NCBI GenBank assembly: GCA_965234725.1 | Contig: CBDDUX010000049.1 | Location: 1 to 13,244 of the forward strand | Length of the DNA stretch: 13,244 nt | Direction of reading: 5' to 3' | DNA from: Thermoplasmatota archaeon | GTDB taxonomy: Archaea; Thermoplasmatota; Penumbrarchaeia; Penumbrarchaeales; Penumbrarchaeaceae | Shown: positions 1 through 8,851 of the stretch, piece by piece | Layout of the letters: each line of letters begins with the position of its first letter | Position numbering within the stretch: position 1 is the first letter of the stretch | Position numbers and translations under genes: made by a program | Notes under the pieces: model-generated | The model's input: the letters and a program-made list of their open reading frames with translations, nothing else | What the model was told of the DNA's origin: nothing | The model's database searches: none

Positions 1-52
1 ATAAATAAAAGTTAACGACGGGCACATTTTTTATTTAACTGTCAAAGCTAGG

Positions 53-62
53 TTATATTATA
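53..62 (+). promoter_or_regulatory. Candidate archaeal TATA box for the sbcD-sbcC operon
   Basis: TTATATTATA lies about 35 nt upstream of the ATG at 97, followed by purine-rich GAGGACGAGGGG just before the start. Motif match only. Confidence 0.35.
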
Positions 63-96
63 GAAGCTATTAATTCGAAGAGGACGAGGGGACCTG

Positions 97-1254
97 ATGA
101 AGATACTTCACACCTCAGACTGGCATCTTGGCAAATCCATTCATGGACAGGACCTTCTGGAGGACCAGAGATACGCAATTCGTTCGATCGAAAAGGAACT
201 TGAAAACGGATATGATGCTGTTCTAATAGCCGGAGATGTCTATGATCGGGCGGTTCCACCCTCAGAATCCATACAAATCTTTTCTGGTTTCATCGAAAAA
301 ATGGTGGAACAGCAGATCACTGTGATAGTGATCCCTGGAAACCACGATTCACCATCCAGATTGGATTTCGCATCCGGAATTCTGGAGAAGAATGGGATCC
401 ATTTCAGATGCAGGTACGAAAGGATTACAGAGCCAGTGATCGTCACAGATGATGAAGGGAATAAAGTCCAGGTGTTCGCTCTTCCTTTCGTGGACGAGGT
501 GTTGGTTAAAGAGTTGTACCCGGATGAGGGTATTAGGACACATCAGGAGGCTACAGGGTTTCTATTAGACCGGATCAGGGAGGCCAGGGATGATTCGTTG
601 CCATCGATTCTTATGGCACATGCATACACCGGAAGGGAACCTTTGAGATCAGACAGTGAGAGAGAGCTACTTGTCGGCAATCAGGGTCTGGTTGATATTG
701 ATGTGTTCAGGGGATTCGACCATGTTGCACTTGGTCACCTTCACAGACCACAGGTATCATCCAGGACCCACAATGTTCATTATTCAGGGTCATTGATGAC
801 ATATTCATTCTCCGAGACGGGGCACCTAAAATCATCTATTGTACTGGAGCTATCAAACGGCAGACTTGAGAGTTCGGAATTCGAGCATGTTCCCCTTAGA
901 AAGTTCAGTAAGGTTTCGGGAAACTTGGGTGATCTGCTTGATTCACCAGATCTCGAGATCTACCGTTCCCATTACCTCTCTGTCATCTTGACAGATACGG
1001 GGTACCTTATTGATACCCACAGAAAGCTCCGGGAGAAATACCCTTATTTACTGGAGATCGACCAACCGGCATTGCACCGTGAATTGGATAAAATGTGTAC
1101 TATCACCCGAGAGCAGGCGGATGATCCCAGACAGCTATTCTCTCTATTCCTTGATAGATTCCAATGGGAGGATGGGGAAGAAAGGGACACAGCAATAGAA
1201 CTTTTCGAGGAAGTCAGGAAGGAATTTGAAGATAATGGGAAGGAGGTGTCCTGA
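97..1254 (+). CDS. sbcD: Exonuclease SbcCD subunit D (Mre11/SbcD metallophosphoesterase family)
   Basis: 385 aa with all five phosphoesterase motifs: HTSDWHLG, AGDVYD, PGNHDS, MAHAY and ALGHLH. Also has SbcD-typical SDSER and YSGSLMTYSFSE, and overlaps the start of an SbcC ATPase gene. Confidence 0.95.
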   Translation: MKILHTSDWHLGKSIHGQDLLEDQRYAIRSIEKELENGYDAVLIAGDVYDRAVPPSESIQIFSGFIEKMVEQQITVIVIPGNHDSPSRLDFASGILEKNGIHFRCRYERITEPVIVTDDEGNKVQVFALPFVDEVLVKELYPDEGIRTHQEATGFLLDRIREARDDSLPSILMAHAYTGREPLRSDSERELLVGNQGLVDIDVFRGFDHVALGHLHRPQVSSRTHNVHYSGSLMTYSFSETGHLKSSIVLELSNGRLESSEFEHVPLRKFSKVSGNLGDLLDSPDLEIYRSHYLSVILTDTGYLIDTHRKLREKYPYLLEIDQPALHRELDKMCTITREQADDPRQLFSLFLDRFQWEDGEERDTAIELFEEVRKEFEDNGKEVS

Positions 1255-1256
1255 TG
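1241..1256 (+). promoter_or_regulatory. Shine-Dalgarno site plus TGATG stop/start overlap coupling sbcD to sbcC
   Basis: AGGAGGTG at 1241-1248. TGA (1252-1254) shares its A with ATG (1254-1256). Confidence 0.8.
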
Positions 1257-4200
1257 CTACCTCTATATCTGGAGATGGAGAACATTGGACCCTTCGTGAA
1301 AACAGCAAGGATAGACCTGGATAGTTTGGAGGAGGATGGTCTCTTTCTAATCTGCGGCCCTACTGGAGCTGGCAAGAGCTTCATTTTCGATGCCATCTGC
1401 TATTCTCTTTACGGAAAGACCCCTTCAGGAAGAGATAGGAATATGGTAAGCGACCATGCCACTGAGGGGGGTGAACCGAGGATCGTGTTCTGTTTCATGG
1501 TAGGGGAAAGGAAGTACTTGGTCGAGAGGGTCCTTCAATATGAAGCTCCCAAGAGAGGGGGAGGTACCACAATCAGACCGGAGAAAGCCTCTCTTTCCAT
1601 TGTGTTACAGGACCTATCGGCAAAGGAGAATACCCGGAATATCCTGGCCACTCAGAAGAGGGAAGTCCAGAACAGGATCATGGAGGTCCTGGGGCTGGAA
1701 ATGGAACAGTTCTCCAGAGTAATGATGATCCCACAAGGAGAGTTCAGGGAATTGCTGAGATCGGATACAGAAAAGAGAGAGATATTGCTCCGGAAGCTTT
1801 TCAATTCCATAAAATACAGGGACATTTCCGATTCGATCGAGGTCAGGTCAAAGAGACTCTATGGTGAAATAAAGGACAAGAGAACCACACTATATACTGT
1901 AATTTCGACCCTTGTCGAAAAACTGGACCTTGGAGAGGGACCTGGTGAGGGTGTGACCTTTGGGGAATGGTCATTGAAGACAATAAGCGAACTTGATCAA
2001 AAAATGGAGGAATTAAGGAAGTCTGAGGAAGAAAGGAAGGAAAGAAGTAGGATATATCAGGAAAGAACTCAAAAGGCCAGGACCATTGTCAGGATCTCCG
2101 ATGAACTTCAAAAAGCCAGAGAACAAAAGGTCGAACTTGAAAGAATTGAGAAAACTGAGATATCACACCTCCATAGGTCCCTTGAATTGAATCGAAAAGG
2201 GCAGAGGATGAGATCGGACCTTGAGACCATGGACCTATTGTTGACCGACAGGGAAAAACTGGAAAAGGAGACAATTCACCTAAAGGATCAGCTTTCGGCA
2301 TCAAAGAGAGAATTGGATATCTGGATCCAAAGGTCTGAAGAGCAGTTACCTTTCAAGAAGAAGGAACTGGAGATCATCGGAACTAGGAGGAACACTATTG
2401 GATCTTTCCAACCTAGTGTTTTGGAGATAGAACACCTTTCCCGTCGAATTTCCAAACTTGAGGGTGAATTTAGTATTCTCGGTAAGGATCAAGATAAACT
2501 GCTGAAGGAGGAGGGGGAATGCAAAGATGGTATATCAAAGATCAAGATGGAGCTTGGACTGCTCCCCAAAAAAGAGAATGTCATTGAACTCAGCCAATTG
2601 GAAAAAGCTGGCAAGGATCTGATCTCCATCATCTTAGAAAAGCAAGACCTTGAGATCGAAATGAAGGATTCAATATCTAGATGTACAAATCTTGAAATGA
2701 ATTTAAACTCTCGTTCGAAGGATTTGGAAGACCTTAGGAAGAGAAGAGAGATCTCCATTGCAGGGGAGCTCGCAAAGGACCTTGAAGAGGGTATGGAATG
2801 TCCTGTTTGCGGCTCTATCAAACACCCCTCTCCAAGGGAGAAACAAATTGACGATGTCACTTTGGAAACCATTAATTCAGCCATTCTGTCAGTTCAGGAG
2901 GCCAGGGAGAAATTCGACATGTCAAGGATGGAGGTAAACACTATCCGGACATCCATCAGGGACCTTGTGGGGAGGATGGAAAGTATAGGTAATACCTACC
3001 CGGACCTTTCTGATAAGGATATCAAAACCATGAGAAAATTGGTCCATGATCTTGGACGTAGGCTCTCAATACAAGGAAGTAGAGATGAAAAAGAGATCGC
3101 TTTACAGAAAGAAAGGGTGAATTTTGAAAAGAAATCACAATCCATTGAGGGGTTGAAGGCACCTCTGAAGGAAAGGATCCAAGAGTTGGTTCTGGATATC
3201 AAGGGAAGTAAGGCTACTTTAAAAGAGAAGATCTCGACAATAAAAGGATTGGACATCGAGATAGATGAAAAGGACCCGTCTGGTTCTTTGAAGAGAGAGA
3301 TATTAAATATTGAAGGAAGAGAAAACGAATTAAAAATTGAGATTAATAACATCTCCACTAAGGTAGAGACACTGAGGAAAGGACACATATCTTTAGAGGA
3401 AAAGCTTAGTTCAAGGGAGCAGAGTCTGAAGGAGATCTCCGAAAGGCTTGATGAGATAAATGAGAAACTGGAGAACAATCTGAAAAAAGCAAAACATGAA
3501 GGATTGGAAACCAAGGATGATCTCAGGAGATCTCTTCTTTCTGAAGATGATGAGAATCTGATCGTTGTAAAGGTAGAGGATCATAAAGAGAAAAAGATCC
3601 AGGTGAATAATTCGATCCATACACTTGAGAAGAGTCTGATCGAGACAGGGGGTGATACCTCTGTTCCAACTATGGAGGAGTTGGAGAAATTCAGCAAGGA
3701 AGAAGAAGAGGCAAAGAAGTTGCTTTCTGAGATAACCGAGGAAAGGGCAAGGACAGAATCCGATCTGCTTTGGACAAAAAGCCAAATTGAGAAGGTGAAA
3801 AGGGTTTCCCAGGAGATAGAGGACCTTGAGAAAACCATGAAAGTGGTCGGAAGGCTCTCCAAGGAGGTGAAAGGCAATTCAAATCCCAGAGTGTCCCTGG
3901 AAAGGTTCTTCCTTGCCCAGAGGTTCGAAGAGGTCCTGATAGCGTCGAATCAAAGACTCAAGATACTTTCCGGAAATAGGTTCCTCCTAAGGAGAGCTGA
4001 TGAATCCGAGACAGGAGGAAGATCAAAAGGAGGTCTTGATCTGAATGTATTTGATAATTATACCGGTCTGGAAAGGCCAGCAAATACACTGAGCGGGGGT
4101 CAGATGTTCCTTTCATCCCTTGCACTTGCCCTCGGTCTGGCCGATGTTGTTCAATCCCGGTCAGGAGGTATAAGGATGGATGCCCTCTTTATAGACGAAG

Positions 4201-4376
4201 GGTTTGGATCACTAGATGAGGAGACACTCCAGACAGCTCTGAAGGTCCTAATGGAATTGAGACAGGGAAGGATGGTAGGGGTAATATCCCATGTGGGAGA
4301 ATTGAAGAGGCAGATCAGGACCGGGTACGAGATAGTCCCCTCTCCCACTGGTTCAGTCATTCGGTCAATTGGATAG
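1254..4376 (+). CDS. sbcC: Exonuclease SbcCD subunit C (SMC/Rad50-like ATPase)
   Basis: 1040 aa. Walker A GPTGAGKS, Q-loop MIPQGEF, long E/K/L-rich coiled coils, central zinc hook CPVCGS, signature TLSGGQ, Walker B/D-loop LFIDEGFGSLD, H-loop VISHV. Confidence 0.95.
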   Translation: MLPLYLEMENIGPFVKTARIDLDSLEEDGLFLICGPTGAGKSFIFDAICYSLYGKTPSGRDRNMVSDHATEGGEPRIVFCFMVGERKYLVERVLQYEAPKRGGGTTIRPEKASLSIVLQDLSAKENTRNILATQKREVQNRIMEVLGLEMEQFSRVMMIPQGEFRELLRSDTEKREILLRKLFNSIKYRDISDSIEVRSKRLYGEIKDKRTTLYTVISTLVEKLDLGEGPGEGVTFGEWSLKTISELDQKMEELRKSEEERKERSRIYQERTQKARTIVRISDELQKAREQKVELERIEKTEISHLHRSLELNRKGQRMRSDLETMDLLLTDREKLEKETIHLKDQLSASKRELDIWIQRSEEQLPFKKKELEIIGTRRNTIGSFQPSVLEIEHLSRRISKLEGEFSILGKDQDKLLKEEGECKDGISKIKMELGLLPKKENVIELSQLEKAGKDLISIILEKQDLEIEMKDSISRCTNLEMNLNSRSKDLEDLRKRREISIAGELAKDLEEGMECPVCGSIKHPSPREKQIDDVTLETINSAILSVQEAREKFDMSRMEVNTIRTSIRDLVGRMESIGNTYPDLSDKDIKTMRKLVHDLGRRLSIQGSRDEKEIALQKERVNFEKKSQSIEGLKAPLKERIQELVLDIKGSKATLKEKISTIKGLDIEIDEKDPSGSLKREILNIEGRENELKIEINNISTKVETLRKGHISLEEKLSSREQSLKEISERLDEINEKLENNLKKAKHEGLETKDDLRRSLLSEDDENLIVVKVEDHKEKKIQVNNSIHTLEKSLIETGGDTSVPTMEELEKFSKEEEEAKKLLSEITEERARTESDLLWTKSQIEKVKRVSQEIEDLEKTMKVVGRLSKEVKGNSNPRVSLERFFLAQRFEEVLIASNQRLKILSGNRFLLRRADESETGGRSKGGLDLNVFDNYTGLERPANTLSGGQMFLSSLALALGLADVVQSRSGGIRMDALFIDEGFGSLDEETLQTALKVLMELRQGRMVGVISHVGELKRQIRTGYEIVPSPTGSVIRSIG

Positions 4377-4472
4377 TCCTTTTCAGGATCTTGAACAACC
4401 CAATGGTTGATTCGACGAACCAACCTAGCCATTAAAATAAGAAATATACTGTCTCGATAAAACATAGGGGTA

Positions 4473-4480
4473 GGAAGGTG
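4473..4480 (+). promoter_or_regulatory. Ribosome-binding site of the large surface protein gene
   Basis: GGAAGGTG 5 nt before the ATG at 4486. An AT-rich TATA-like tract (ATTAAAATAAGAAATATA) lies upstream at 4431-4448. Confidence 0.55.
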
Positions 4481-4485
4481 TCATT

Positions 4486-7400
4486 ATGAGGGAGCAAACA
4501 AGGATAATTTCGATCATAGTATTGTTCGTTATGATCTTATCATCAATTTCCATCGTTGATCTAAACGATGTCATGGGAAATGGGAAAGCACCTGTATCAG
4601 ATTACCACAATGGAACCCTGAATGTGAATGCAACTTATCCAAATGGAACTCCGGTGGTGGGTCTATATGTGAGATGGCAACCTGAAAATAGTTACATTTA
4701 TTCAACCATGGCCTTGAACTCCACTGGCCAGGCCTCCTTTGATATCAAATGGGAACAACTGGGCCAGGGTGAAATAAGGGTCGAAGACAGTTCATATGAT
4801 GACATTTTCATGGAACATTCGGCAGTATTCCCTGATGAGATCGTATACAAGGATATTGTCATAAATCCTATTCCAGCCTACGACAGGGTAATTACTGGCA
4901 TTGTAAGGAATCTAAGCTCCTCACTTCCTATTGAAGGGGTTTTGGTATCAATATTGGGGCAGGATTCATTGGGCAATTACGTATCTGGAAATAATATCAC
5001 AGGTGTCGATGGAAGGTATTCCCTCATGGCTCCCCTTACAGAATCCAGGAGCCTTTCCCTATCCACAAGCAATGCTCCGGGATATTACACCTATTATCGA
5101 ACGTTTTTTACAAGGGAGGGCCAGACCACCTATAATTTTGATTTCGAACTCCTCCCCCTCTACATATCTGACGGCCAGTCAAGGGTAAGGTTCATCAACA
5201 CATCCAACGGACAACCGATCAATAAGGGAGATATGCAAGTGTTCTTGAATCCTGCTGAGTATGCTCACAGAGGAGAATATGACACCCATTACCCTGACAC
5301 AGATGGCTGGTATGAGATCGATAGTAAAAAGGGGGAGACGGAACTAGATTTAAATGCTGATTTCATTGAATATCCTGATACAGATATCACTGTCGTACGG
5401 AACATTGTAATGAATGGGACTCCAGAGGATATGGAATTCGAACTTACTCCTCCATCCTCAATAACCGTGAATGTCACTGTGAAAAACTCGACAAGCGTTC
5501 TGAAAAATGCAAGGATATCATGGTCAAATTCATTTTTCTTCCCTGATGGATTATGGTCCTTTTATCTCAGTTCCAATGTCAATCCGGATGGTTCATTGGA
5601 ATTTGAACTTCCAATCGGTCAGCAAATAATTGTCCAAGCTTATCAAAGTGGATATAATTCCGGTAGTATAGTAATCGATACAAGCCCTGTCAGAGCTCTC
5701 AATTATGAGATCATTCTTGAGGAATATGAACCTTCTTTCCCGAACCTTCCAACAGGGACTGTGAAGATCGTCGTAGTAGACAACCTGACGGGTCTCCCGA
5801 TCAAAGATGCTGAGATCACAGGAGTTGCTGAGGCAGATGGACATTATTATTCCAATTTCGTGGATGCAAATGGAACAGGTGTGTTCGAAGGCGAGTTATA
5901 TGCTGGAAAATACTCCCAGATAGAGGCCAGCTGCTCCTATGGAAAAGGGAAGGTTAGAAATATTGTAGTGGTAAACGGAAGCAACGACCCGATCGAGATC
6001 CGGATAGATAGAGATACTTGGGAAGTACCTCCGGTTCCAGGTGATTATTATCTGACCTTCAAGGATCCTTCCGGAACCCCGGTAAACGGTCTTCGGATCT
6101 GGCTCAACACTCAAGCGGGAGGGTCTTTTACAAGCGGTTATTTCTTCACAGATCCCATGGGCCGGATCTATGTTAAAGCCAATCCGGGTGGTAGCCTTTA
6201 CATTAGTACTAGCTTGTACCCGGAAAATCAATTATACAATCCATGGGTGTTTAATTCAGACTCTATTGTCGTCCCGATGACCCCTGGAAGTATGGGAGAG
6301 GTCACTCTCTACCCCAGAGGAGAAACGGATGAGATTATCGGTTTCACCCGGAATTCCAATACAGGTGAAGTGATCGGAGGTGTTCATATTAGCGCCTATT
6401 CATATCATCCAACTGGATCCTCAAGAATGATGATGGGCCCCCCTCATCCTGAAGGGATCACTCTGTTCAATTATGATACAGGTTCGATGTTAAATGGGTT
6501 CTTCAGGACCTGGGGAATGGATCACGTAGTATTCCGGGCTAGCAGGGTGGGATATTATCCCAAAGAGGATAAGATGGATCTGTCAACAAGGGCTTCAAAT
6601 GAACATGATATTTACCTTGATCCTATAGGCGATATCCAGTATTGGGTGAACGGTACCCTGGTGGATGAGGAAGGTACTGGTATCCATGGGTACATAGAAG
6701 CTTCTGACAATGACCATCCTCTGTTCATGACTTATACAATAGAAACTGGAGTTGATGGGTCCTTCTCAATTTTAATGTATCCTGGAAATTATTCATTCCT
6801 TGCCTACAACAATACCCTTTCCTCGAAAACAGATGTGATGGTAACAGGACAGATCAACGATCTAATGCTTGTTCTTAAACCCTCCACATTCATTGCAGGA
6901 ATAGTGACCAATACTACCGGGGATGCAGTTCCTGGCATCAATGTTGTACTTCAGGTGAAGAACGGGGGTACGTTTATCGTTCTTGGACAGGCAACAACAA
7001 ATGCAACAGGTTTCTACACATTCACAGTAAATATGGGTGAGTACAGGTTAATTGTTGAAAGGACAACTCTCTATGATCCATATCAAAGTGATCCTCTTAT
7101 TACAGATGGTTGGAATCCTATTATCCAAAATTTAATACTGGATAATTTGACAAGTGGTAATATCATGGGAAAGATCATCGGTGATGGAGGGCCATTCCAG
7201 AGTGGAATACCCGGAGCTAATGTCACTCTGATCCAGGATGGAGGAACTGTCTCATGGACAAAAGCAACCCTTGTTGGTAGTTTCCTTTTCGAGGAAATCC
7301 CCTTTGGTACTTACAGTATAATCGCAGTTCCACCAGAGGAGCTTCAGCCAGTAGAAGATCTGAGGTCAGGATATCTGGAAAAGAAAACAGAGAATTTTTC

Positions 7401-8463
7401 CTTGTCTGTTGCTTCCTTCGATCTGGACATCACTCTTGAATTCATAGAAAATTCATCCCCATCCTTCGTTAACATTACATATAACACTCCTGAGGGAGAG
7501 GGAGTATACCTGGACTCTCCGATAATGATCGAGTTCAGCCATACCATGAATATCAGCTCAGTATCCAATGGGATCATTATCACACCTGAGGTTGCAAATG
7601 TTACATTTGATTGGGATGGTTCACTTACGATTGTTACTTTAAACCATGATCCTTTCCAGCCAGATACAAATTATTCAATTAGGATCCTATCAACAGTTAT
7701 CTCCTATGAAGGATTCCCTCTTTGGGATGAGTTTGAATGGTGGTTCATGACGGGGAATAACACCGATCCATGGGATATCTATTCTGCAGATGTTACCGTG
7801 GATGAGGGTAAGAACGTTTCTATCATAGTGACCGCACCTCCAGACTTGGACATCTTCATCTTCTTTTTGAACATCGACTACCTCAAACTTACCGAAGGTA
7901 CTTCCGGGACATACAGATATGAAATAAACGGTACACTACTTGATTGGGATACCGAATATGATTATTTCTTCACTGATTCCTATGGTGGTCTGGATAGGGC
8001 TAGAGAATTCAACGGGACCATCAGAACCCCAGAGGAACCTTATACTCCATCTGTGTGGACCATAACATCAGCCACCGTGGAAATTCGAGAGAGCGGTACC
8101 TGGGATGTAAATATCCAAGCCCCAGAGGGACAAACAATTTACATTGTGATTGATGGTATTGGGTCCTTCCTTGTTGTAGAGGATGCGCCTGGTTATTACA
8201 GGGTATTGATCCCATATGAGGAATTCGAATGGGAAAAGGAATATGATCATCATTTCTCAGAGACAGAGGGAGGTCCTGACATGGCACCATCCTTCTCAGG
8301 TACATCCACCATGCCCAAAGAGCCATCATCTGGAAGTAGCAGTGACGACCCGCCATTCTACCTTTGTTGCATTGGTATAGTTGTTGTCCTGGTCATCATA
8401 TTGGTAGTAGTGATGTTACTGGTGATGAGAAAGAAAGGAAAAGGTGATTCCTTCGAAGAGTGA
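4486..8463 (+). CDS. Large secreted, membrane-anchored surface glycoprotein: carboxypeptidase-regulatory-like/prealbumin-fold repeats, an SbsA-type Ig-like (Big_5-like) domain, two tandem 95-aa domains and a C-terminal TM anchor
   Basis: 1325 aa. N-terminal signal peptide (MREQTRIISIIVLFVMILSSISIV). Repeated 'I-x-G-x-V-x-N/D...P-I-x-G-V/A-x-V...T-x-x-x-G-x-Y/F' modules, e.g. VITGIVRNLSSSLPIEGVLV...TGVDGRYSL and FIAGIVTNTTGDAVPGINVV...TTNATGFYTF. Big_5-like PEGEGVYLDSPIMIEFSHTMN...FQPDTNYSIRI...WWFMT. Ser-rich linker, about 22-aa hydrophobic helix and RKK at the C-terminus. About 30 N-x-S/T sequons counted by eye. Confidence 0.85.
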   Translation: MREQTRIISIIVLFVMILSSISIVDLNDVMGNGKAPVSDYHNGTLNVNATYPNGTPVVGLYVRWQPENSYIYSTMALNSTGQASFDIKWEQLGQGEIRVEDSSYDDIFMEHSAVFPDEIVYKDIVINPIPAYDRVITGIVRNLSSSLPIEGVLVSILGQDSLGNYVSGNNITGVDGRYSLMAPLTESRSLSLSTSNAPGYYTYYRTFFTREGQTTYNFDFELLPLYISDGQSRVRFINTSNGQPINKGDMQVFLNPAEYAHRGEYDTHYPDTDGWYEIDSKKGETELDLNADFIEYPDTDITVVRNIVMNGTPEDMEFELTPPSSITVNVTVKNSTSVLKNARISWSNSFFFPDGLWSFYLSSNVNPDGSLEFELPIGQQIIVQAYQSGYNSGSIVIDTSPVRALNYEIILEEYEPSFPNLPTGTVKIVVVDNLTGLPIKDAEITGVAEADGHYYSNFVDANGTGVFEGELYAGKYSQIEASCSYGKGKVRNIVVVNGSNDPIEIRIDRDTWEVPPVPGDYYLTFKDPSGTPVNGLRIWLNTQAGGSFTSGYFFTDPMGRIYVKANPGGSLYISTSLYPENQLYNPWVFNSDSIVVPMTPGSMGEVTLYPRGETDEIIGFTRNSNTGEVIGGVHISAYSYHPTGSSRMMMGPPHPEGITLFNYDTGSMLNGFFRTWGMDHVVFRASRVGYYPKEDKMDLSTRASNEHDIYLDPIGDIQYWVNGTLVDEEGTGIHGYIEASDNDHPLFMTYTIETGVDGSFSILMYPGNYSFLAYNNTLSSKTDVMVTGQINDLMLVLKPSTFIAGIVTNTTGDAVPGINVVLQVKNGGTFIVLGQATTNATGFYTFTVNMGEYRLIVERTTLYDPYQSDPLITDGWNPIIQNLILDNLTSGNIMGKIIGDGGPFQSGIPGANVTLIQDGGTVSWTKATLVGSFLFEEIPFGTYSIIAVPPEELQPVEDLRSGYLEKKTENFSLSVASFDLDITLEFIENSSPSFVNITYNTPEGEGVYLDSPIMIEFSHTMNISSVSNGIIITPEVANVTFDWDGSLTIVTLNHDPFQPDTNYSIRILSTVISYEGFPLWDEFEWWFMTGNNTDPWDIYSADVTVDEGKNVSIIVTAPPDLDIFIFFLNIDYLKLTEGTSGTYRYEINGTLLDWDTEYDYFFTDSYGGLDRAREFNGTIRTPEEPYTPSVWTITSATVEIRESGTWDVNIQAPEGQTIYIVIDGIGSFLVVEDAPGYYRVLIPYEEFEWEKEYDHHFSETEGGPDMAPSFSGTSTMPKEPSSGSSSDDPPFYLCCIGIVVVLVIILVVVMLLVMRKKGKGDSFEE
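7771..8325 (+). repeat. Intragenic tandem duplication of a ~95-aa domain (copy 1 7771-8040, copy 2 8056-8325)
   Basis: Gapless manual alignment at a 285-nt offset gives 31/90 identical residues: WxIxSAxV...AP...GxYRxxI...WxxEYDxxF...GGxDxAxxFxGTxxxPxEP. Confidence 0.85.
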
Positions 8464-8489
8464 ATTTAGAAACAATAAGTGATTGTTCT

Positions 8490-8678
8490 TCAAACGCCCA
8501 TCTTCACTATCACCTGGAACTCTATCTCTCCATCGCTGGAGACCCGTCCTCTTTGTTCCATTACCTGGAACCAGTTGACCCTCTGTTCCCTTCCTACATC
8601 CTTTAGTACCTTCTTTATTGCATCAGAATAGCTATCGGTTGATACACCGATCTTTTCTATCACATCTGCTCCGCTCAT
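8490..8678 (-). CDS. Dodecin family flavin-binding protein
   Basis: 62 aa matching the dodecin pattern (IEKIGVSTDSYSDAI...NWFQVMEQRG...EFQVIVKMG), with the flavin-stacking Trp (W36), Arg43 and Gln55. Strong SD GGGAGGT on the minus strand at 8686-8692. Confidence 0.88.
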   Translation of the reverse strand: MSGADVIEKIGVSTDSYSDAIKKVLKDVGREQRVNWFQVMEQRGRVSSDGEIEFQVIVKMGV

Positions 8679-8711
8679 TTATCATACCTCCCATTGTTAT
8701 CAAGATGTAGT

Positions 8712-8735
8712 TTCTTAACCTTTCCCATAATATGG
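8712..8735 (-). promoter_or_regulatory. Candidate BRE/TATA promoter for dodecin with an adjacent short palindrome
   Basis: The minus strand reads GAAAGGTTAAGAA (8724-8712), about 35-45 nt upstream of the start. It is preceded by the inverted repeat CCATA-A-TATGG (8725-8735). Confidence 0.35.
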
Positions 8736-8851
8736 TCGGGTCTTCTTTTTTTTATAATTCATCCGATGAGAACCTTGATCCCTGGAAAGATTCAAGAATG
8801 TATAATATGTTAAAGATGATCTCGCCGATTTTTCGATAGGGGGTTTCATTC

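Noticed and set aside
2..37. Inverted repeat TAAATAAAA (2-10) / TTTTATTTA (29-37)
   Set aside because: Low-complexity AT sequence at the window edge that cannot be distinguished from chance or a T-rich terminator of an upstream gene.
1254..4376. SMC-like ATPase as part of a Wadjet or Lamassu defence system
   Set aside because: It has a Rad50-type zinc hook and is coupled to a canonical SbcD. No jetABD or Lamassu effector partners are present.
2089..4465. Several antisense ORFs inside sbcC (e.g. 2489-2884, 2996-3514, 3411-3785, 3581-3877, 4151-4465)
   Set aside because: Their Ser/Phe/Leu-rich translations are the expected mirror of E/K-rich coiled-coil codons. They overlap a well-supported gene and show no motifs.
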